DNA from: Raja brachyura
Lineage: Eukaryota
DNA: 64,000 bases
NCBI GenBank assembly: GCA_963514005.1
Contig: OY740812.1
Span: 10,354,001-10,418,000 of the forward strand
Direction of reading: 5' to 3'
The translations under genes and the position numbers were made by a program. Under the pieces are notes generated by a model. It saw nothing but the letters and a program-made list of their open reading frames with translations, searched no databases and was not told where the DNA came from. The number at the start of each line of letters is the position of its first letter. Positions within the stretch are counted from its first letter, which is position 1. Below, one piece after another: positions 56,363 to 64,000 of this stretch.

Positions 56363-58859
56363 TAGGTCTTTTTTCAGACTCTACTATCTACGCTAGGATG
56401 GCTGGCAATTGTAAGTACACCGGCAGTGGTAGAAGGGAAAATGCTGACATCCTGAGAGAGTCCAGCAGTTCATGGTACCATAGAGTTTCAACTATGTTTC
56501 TGGTATATGCTGCATGCCACTGGAAAAGCAAAAATCCAGAAATTGTTGGAAATTCTCAGCTGGTCAGGCAGCATATGAAGAGTTATAAATAGAACTCGTT
56601 TTACAGATTGATAACCTTTAACGAGAATTAGGAAAAGTTAGAAATTGAACATCTTTACATTGCAAGGAACGTCAAAAGGCGAATAAAGGGAATATCTTTA
56701 ACAGAGCAGAGCCAAGAGACTCAAAAATGGAAGTTGAGTTGGTGCTGGTTGAAAGTGGGTGATAAATGCTAATAGCAAAAGGGTGATAAAAACTGCAGCT
56801 GACCTGTCAGGAAAATATATAAATTAAAGGAGATGAATGAGAACAGAGGACAGAGAGGAAAAAAAAGATGGTGAATCTGAGATGTAAATACTGAGGTTGT
56901 TGAAAACCTGAAATAAAAAAGAATGCTAGAAATGCTCAACAGGATCTGTGCAGCAAAATAATGGAGAAAACTTCAAAGGTCCATGATTTTTTATTTGAAC
57001 TAGCTGAGATCTGACTCAAACTAGAAAGGCTGGTTATTTGAAATTGTTGAATTCACTGTTGAGTCCTGAGGACAGGAACATCCTGACTGCACGTTGTGAT
57101 GCTGTTCCTTGATAGTACATTGAGCTTTATTGGAAAAGAGAATTAGGACAGGTCAGAGTGACAGTAGGATGGGGAATTAAAAATACATTATTGGGTGACT
57201 GCTTTGCAGAACATTTTTGTTCAGTATGCACTGGTGACCCTGAGTTTTTGGTTATGTGTCTCATTACATTTCTTGGTTGATGCAGAATGTGCGGACGAAA
57301 GCCAAAGGGTAAGTAGTTAAGAATTGGAAAGATCAGTAGCAAGTGACATGAGGTACAGATTTTTACAGGAAGAACACAGGATTAATTAACGAGTAGCATC
57401 GAAGAACAATTAAAATCTCCAGATGCTTAATTATGGGTGGAATTAAATAAGGTATCGAACGGGTGTGCAGATGTGGCAATTGGCATCTCTTGTTGACCAG
57501 CTGCAGAGCAAAACAGGTTTCAGACACGTTATCTACTAGAATGTGTTTACTGTCTGGGAATGCGTAGCGTTGGTGAACAAAACACAAAAGCAATAATTGG
57601 GTAGACCAACTGCGTCCCCTGCCGCTGGTAGCGGAGAAACGTTGCAGAAAATGGGGGCTTATGATTGGCTCGTGGAGGGGGCAGTGGTGCGGTATGCTTG
57701 AAAGATGAGATAGAATAATGTCAAGATGCCTTTGTATTATGTTTGGCTTGTATTAACCATCTGTTGTTGAATAAGATTAACATAAACAAAAAGTATATTA
57801 TGACTAATGAAATAATTAATACCCATGTAGTAGATAGTAATAACAGGAAAACATATAACCAAGGATGAAATATATTTCCGTATAATTGTATCTAACAAAC
57901 AAAAAAGTTGTTGACTGCATTGTACAACTGTCGGCTAATTCTGCTGCAAAGACGGACAACTGGTGAGCAGTTAACTGCCGCCATCTCTCCATGATATCAT
58001 ACAATAAAGCCTCTTGAAGCGAAACTCAAAGTCTCCGTTTTCCCTTTAATTTTCATCTGTCAATTTCCTCGACAAATAAGAAGATTTGTTTAATGAGGAA
58101 TGGATCAAGGGGATAAATTTTCTCTTTGAACATGGAGGTAATATGCTACTTGGAATGAATAAGATTGGAACACCCATATGCCAAGAATGCATCCCAACAT
58201 CTCTACTTTCTGAGGAGACAGAAAATTTGGCATGTCTTCAATGAGTCTTACAAACCTGTACACATGTACCATAGGAAGCATAGTGTCAGGTTGCATCAGT
58301 TTGGTATGGGATCATCTCTGCCCAAAACTGAAAGAAATTGCAGAATTGCCGATGTAGCCCAGTCCATCACACAAACCAGACTTTCCACCATTGACTCCAT
58401 CTATATTTTACGCTGCCTGGGTAAAGCAGCCAACATTATCGAAGACTTGTCCCAAATCAGTAATCCTTTCTTCTCCCTGCACTGGTCTGGCAGATGATAC
58501 AAAAGCTTCAAAGCACTCACCACCAGACTCAGGAACAGCTTCTTCCCCTCTGTTATTAGGCTTTTGAATGGTCCTTCCATAAGCTAGACCATAAATTTGA
58601 GATTGACTTGATTGTATTTATATATAGTACATCTGATCTGTTTGGAAAGCATGCAAAACAAAACTTTTCACTGTGCCTGAGTACATATGACAATAATAAA
58701 CCTACAGCCATACATACCTAAGAGGCATGGGACTTAATGATAATTTATTTGTTTTCTCCACCAACTTGTTTATTCATTCTGGTAAAATTGGACAGCCTGA
58801 ATCACCATTTCTGACAAAAGGGATCCAAATTCTTAAAAGGATCAATAAGATTAGTCCGA

Positions 58860-59030
58860 CCGACGAAGGGTTCCAACCCGAAACATTATTTATCTATGTC
58901 TGAAGAAGGGACCCAATCTGAAATGTCACCCATCTGGGTGTGAAGAATTTTCCTGACACGAAAGATTACCTATCCATGTTCTCCAAAGATGCTGTTTGAT
59001 GTACTGAGTTACTCCAGAACTCCAGTGTTT
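58860..59030 (+). mobile_element. Penelope pLTR remnant with three tandem hammerhead-like cores
   Basis: NYGANGA...GAAA units start at 58860, 58900 and 58940, followed by the usual pLTR tail. Confidence 0.6.
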
Positions 59031-59551
59031 TTTTTTTGCTATTCCTCGTATCTCCAGATTAATGGGAATGTTGGTTATTTAATGTTAAAAACTTTTATAA
59101 AATACTTTAGCAAAAAAGATTTGCTCTTCTCCTTTTGGTCGGAGGCCTGAATTGTTGGTTTCATTTGGTGTTAGGTGAATACAATTCAATTTGTTTTTGT
59201 GCAACTTTAGCACATGGAGGTGAAGCATGGCATTCCATGTGGCTTGGGTGAGGGATGCATTAAAACTGTAGGGACCATAGTACTAAACAAATCAGGCAAA
59301 ACATTTTCCAAATAACGACAATTAAATCAAAATTATGATTGATAGACTTTAATAAATAAATTGAGACAGTACAATATAGGAGACCCATCACATTTCAAGA
59401 TTCTTAACAAAAGACCAATCAGTTCCATTACCCTGCTGGTTTCCCCATCTTAACTTCTTCACTTTAAGAGTTTTTTCCTGCTGTTTGACTGTTTTTGTTA
59501 CCTTTTTTGTACATTCTAACAACTTGTTTCTTAAAAGAACCGAAAATGCCA

Positions 59552-59960
59552 AAGGGTGACAGAGAATTCTGGAGTTGCTTAGTGGATTGGGTAGCATCTC
59601 AGGAGAATGTGGATAGGCGATATTTCGGGTCATGACCCTTCTTCTGACTGATTGTAGGGGTAAGGGTAGAAAGACAGCTGGAAGAGAGGAGGTACAGGAC
59701 AAAGCCTGGCAGGTAATAGGTTGACATAGATGAGGAGGGTTGGACAAAGTCCAGAGATGAAAGGTGTGAGACTAAAGGATTGAAGAGTTGTGTATTGTGA
59801 AGCTGGAGGCTTCCTCCCCCTCCACAATCAGTCTGATGAAGGATCCCAACCTTAAACATTGCCTACCCATGTTCTCCTGAGATTCTGACTGACCCAACGA
59901 GCTACTCCAACATTGTGCAAATTTTATAAACTAGCATTCTGCAGTTCCTTGTTTCTTAAA
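59552..59960. mobile_element. Older Penelope-derived element with inverted pLTRs
   Basis: Decayed pLTR on the minus strand (59560..59650) and the plus strand (59830..59950). Confidence 0.65.
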
Positions 59961-59986
59961 GTCAAAGGGTCTTTGATTTCAAATAA

Positions 59987-61006
59987 GGTGGACACAAAAT
60001 GCTGGAGTAACCCAGTGGGGCAGGCAGCATCTCTGGAGAAGGAATGGGTGACGTTTCGGGTTGAGACCCTTCTTCATACTGATATCAGGAGAGTGGGCGG
60101 GCAAAGATAGAATGTAGTCGGAGACAGTAAGACTGGTGGGAGAACTGGGAAGGGGGAGGGGATGGAGAGAGAGGGCTACTTGAAGTTAGAGAAATCAATG
60201 TTCATACCGCTGGGGTGCAAGCTACCCAAACAAAATATGAGGTGCTGTTCCTCCAATTTGCGCTGGGCCTCACTCTGACAATGGAGGAGACCCATGACAG
60301 AAAGGTCAGATTGGGAATGGGAGGGGGAGTTAAAGTGCTGATCAACCGGCTGATCAGGTAGGTTAAGGCAGACTGAACAGAGGTGTTCAGCGAAATGATC
60401 GCCGAGCCTGTGCTTGGTCTCGCCAATATCCAGGAGTTGACACCTCGAACAGCGTATACAGCAGATGAGGTTGAAGATGAGGTGCAAGTGAACCTCTGCC
60501 TCACCTGAAAAGACTGTCGGGGTCCTTGGATGCAGTCAAAGGGGTAGGTAAAGGGCCAGGTGTTGCATATCCTGCAGTTGCAGGGGAAAGTACCTCGGGA
60601 GGGGGTGATTTGAGTGGGAAGGGACGAGTTGACTAGGGAGTTACGGAGGGAACGGTCTCTGCGGAGAGTAGAAAGGGGTAGAGATGGGATGTGGCCAGTA
60701 GTGGGATCCTGTTGGAGGTGGCAAAAATGTTGGAGCATTATATGCTGTATGCAGCAGCTGATGAGGTGGAAGGCGAGGACAAGGGGGACTCTGTCCTTGT
60801 TTATGAATCGGGGAGGGGGAGCAAAAGCGGAGCTCCGGGATATCGAGGAGACCTTAGTGAGAGCCTCATCAATAATGGACGAGGGGAACCCCCGTTCCCT
60901 AAAGAATGAGGATATCTCCGATGACCTGGTATGGAAAACCTCATCCTGTCACAGATGTGGCATAGACAGAGGAATTGTGAGTAGGGAATAGAGTTTTTAA
61001 GGAAGC
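59987..61006 (-). mobile_element. Penelope-like element 3' fragment (GIY-YIG)
   Basis: ORF pieces CIRCSRCQLLDIGETKHRLGDHFAEH...HFNSPSH and GPRQSFQVRQRFTCTSS, homologous to 22289..23493. Confidence 0.9.
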
Positions 61007-61429
61007 ATGGACCTCACACACCACATTCCACAGATGCTGCCTGATCTGCTGAGATTTTCCAACATTTTCTATTTTTATTTAAGATTTTCAGCTTCTGGAG
61101 TGGTTTTTGATTTCCAATTGTTACATGAAAGTTACCTCAAAACATTTCTGTTTCCAGTTATCTTAAATAAATTTGAGCCCTTTTGGTTACTGACACTTAT
61201 TTACAATTATTTATTGATTAAAACATTGACCGCCTCTCCAAAATATTCCTATTTCACGTATTTATCAAGGCTGCACTTTTAAATGTGTTAAGTACACTTG
61301 GTGTGAAGAGGAGCTGGAGGCTAACAAATTTGTCAAGAGATTCTGCAGCCACACAGTTGGTTCAGTTCCCACATTGACTGCAGCAGCTTTTCAATCAGCT
61401 GGTGCTGTCCTCCAGCAACATAAGCCCTC

Positions 61430-61850
61430 AGTAGGAGATAGTTGAGTCAGGGACGATCGTAACGTTTAAGAAACAGTTAGACATGCAAATGGATAGTACA
61501 TGTTCAGAGGGATATGGGCCAAACGCAGGCAGGTGGGACTTGTGTCCATGGGGCAAGTTGGCAGGTTGGGATGAATCAAGATTAAAAAGACATAGGTCTA
61601 AGGTTTAGGGAGAAAGATTGAATAGGAACCTGAAGGGTGGCTTTTCCACACAAAGGATGGTAGGTGTATGGAACAAGTTGCCGGTTTAGATAGTGACTAT
61701 CGCACCGTTTAAGTATATTTCAACAGGTACATGATGGATAGGGCAGGTTGACAGGGATATGGGCCAAACGCAGGCAGGTGGGTGAGCCGAGTGTAGATGG
61801 GACATGTTGGCAAGTTGAGCCGAAGGGCCTGTTTCTACGTTGTATGACTA
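61430..61850 (+). mobile_element. Cluster of CR1 3'-end fragments just upstream of the putative NSF promoter
   Basis: Repeated GGGATATGGGCCAAACGCAGGCAGGTGGG and GCCGAAGGGCCTGTTTC...TATGACTATGA tail. Confidence 0.7.
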
Positions 61851-61929
61851 TGATTGATGATAAGGCGGGCTTGGGGAGATCGAGAGACGTACCTAAGTTG
61901 AGATAATAAATAAATGATTGGGAAATGCA

Positions 61930-62360
61930 GCAGCGCGCGCGCACTCACTCACCGCCAGGCTCAGGCTCCACGTAAACACATCCAACTGGGCCGCAGTGAC
62001 GGTCACGGCGAGCGCGCTGACGTGAGGCGTCGACCATATAAAGCGGGGCCGGGGCCCGACGTGAGGAGGAAGGGGGAGCGTTGGCCGGAGGAGGAACTGA
62101 GGAGAAGTGCGGTGTCCCCCTCCCTCCCCTCAAGCGTTCAAGATGGCTAGTCGGGTGAGTGTGATACCCTGGCGGGCGGGCGGGCTGCAAAGTGGCGTTG
62201 GTTGAAGAGAGTAAAGGGCCAAAAAGGTTCCCCGAGTCAGGCGCTGGCCGGCGGGGCTGAGTGTGGATGCACCAAACACTACTGCAACCCCAAGGGCTGC
62301 TTTCCTCGTTATCCCCCCCTCCCCAACTCACCTGCTTCCCTGGTAGCTGCACAGCGCACA
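61930..62360 (+). promoter_or_regulatory. CpG-island promoter / exon 1 of the plus-strand gene (putative NSF)
   Basis: GC/CpG-rich. (GC)n NRF1-like run at ~61933, TGACGTGA at ~62018, TATAAAG at 62037..62043, GACGTGA at ~62058, and YY1-like CAAGATGGC over the ATG. Confidence 0.8.
62143..62154 (+). CDS. NSF: Putative NSF (vesicle-fusing ATPase) first coding exon, M-A-S-R; gene continues beyond the window
   Basis: CAAGATGGCTAGTCGG|GTGAGT has a strong Kozak and a consensus donor in a CpG island. As recalled, mammalian NSF exon 1 encodes 4 codons (MAGR) and Arf2/Nsf are divergent neighbours in mouse. Only 12 coding nt are visible. Confidence 0.65.
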
Positions 62361-64000
62361 GTTGGGTTAGAGGAGGGAAGGGTGGGAACTGCAGAATTTA
62401 GCCTTCTAACTAGGTATCACACGTATACTCCCTGCTGCAGGATGCTTGCTGCGTTTGACAGCTGGTCTGAATGGGCAGAGAGAAATAAACTATCTAAATT
62501 ATATGATTATATGAAACGTGTCATGTTGCATTGCACCACTTTGATTTTACTCCACGGTTTCTGCAGCTTTAAAATGGTCTTTTGGAGATGATGATTGGTT
62601 GTAATGGGGTAAAACCAATCTGAGTAAAATCCGATCAACGTTGTGAATTCTGTTTAGTGTAAACACCCTTGTAATGTACTGATCAGATGAAAGGGTTTAA
62701 TTTCTAAATACCGCAGATGGGTTTAAAGATGAACCAAGAGTGATTTGGTAGAGGGAAGTTTACATGTGCGTCAAAAATGCTCATCACCTTTTTGAATGTA
62801 TTTTTTCATCCCATGGATCAGAATCATTACTCAGCTAATTTTGTTTGTGGCAAACTTACATAATGAGTGTCTGTAGACAGGGTTCTTGGACATCAATGTG
62901 GACTGAGAAACTGAGACACTGACACACTGATAAATTATTTCACACCATGTTGCATACTTTTGCTTATTCATTCTTATTCTGCTTGCTTTCAAATTTAAAG
63001 TAAACATGCTTGTGCTATTTTGAATAAATACTGTCTATAGCAACTTGTATATTGCCAATTTTCAAAAATAATTGAACGAACAATATCTGAAATTCAGCAT
63101 AAAGCAAAATGTTGAATGCAGAAAATGCTCGATGCTGATGCTGCGGCATTTGTAATGGGGAAGGGGAGAGCATGTAAATGGTTTGAGAACTGGTCCCTAA
63201 CACCAGTTTTTTGAGAGATTTGACATCGGTCTGGCAAAATGTGACAACATTTAAATATTTTACAAATGTGGTACGTGCTTCACTATTTTCTAAATGGCTG
63301 AACCGTCACCTCGGAACAATAGTCAGTTGATAAATGGTGAATTATTAGTCATTGTTAGTCTAGAATGTTTTAAAATTAAAATTGTTGCCTTTATTAAACC
63401 CCAATTGGCAGGTGCTGAAAGACCTCCATTAATCTTGTAGCATTTTCTGTTTTGTGTCCAATTATGGTTAATATTCTTTTTCACATTTGAAAGTGCAATT
63501 TCATTTTTGCTGCAAATTTGACATTTGTTCTGCATCTCTGCCCAGATCTCGTTTTAAATGAGTGGCTTGGTTTATTTTTCCTTCTGCTTAAATAATAAAC
63601 AATTAATAATTTAATGAAGTAATACTAGTTTTAAAAAAAAAGTAGTCCATAATGCCAACAAAGATGCAATCCATTCATATTCAGATGTAATAGACTAATT
63701 TGTGTTTTCCTCAATACACTCACCTTGCTTGCTTGCAGGATCAGGAAATGGATAACATCTTTCAATCACAAGGTAGTTTGCAGTATGATTCAATCAATTA
63801 ATTATTAATGAAGTGTTGTGGGCAGCAGAGGGGCGGCGGAAAGCATTCTGTGTTCCATCAAAGACTGGCAAAAGACACCACTGGATTTTGCTGGATCTTG
63901 GACAATGATGAGAGGGAGAATGAGAAGATCAAGAGTTTAGTAACATGGTGCCAGGACACCAATCCCCTTCTCATTGGCAGTTCGACAAAGGTCCATGTTG

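Noticed and set aside
63739-63772. Possible exon 2 of the plus-strand gene (TTGCAG|GATCAGGAAATG...CAAG|GTAGTT; DQEMDNIFQSQ)
   Set aside because: Weak donor, 34 nt long, and no resemblance to NSF exon 2. It would matter only if the gene is not NSF.

Overview
Vertebrate genomic DNA, most likely from a skate or ray (inferred from HE1/V-SINE, DeuSINE, CR1/HER1-like, Rex-Babar and Penelope repeats). One complete spliced gene lies on the minus strand: a class I ADP-ribosylation factor of 180 aa (coding exons 145/111/125/162 nt, non-coding exon 1 in a CpG island near 21.9 kb). A second CpG-island promoter near 62 kb starts a plus-strand gene whose 12-nt first coding exon (MASR|GTGAGT) matches NSF. 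That head-to-head arrangement identifies the ARF as probable ARF2, although it is unusually divergent. The rest is mostly transposon-derived: GIY-YIG Penelope fragments with many short fold-back derivatives carrying hammerhead-ribozyme cores, a 949-bp TRIM-like Gypsy derivative with a tRNA-Trp PBS, two inverted L1 copies, a near full-length CR1 ORF2, a probable non-autonomous Helitron, an RTE-derived short element, and SINEs. Most short ORFs in the supplied track are spurious or TE fragments. All family assignments come from motif recall, not database searches.
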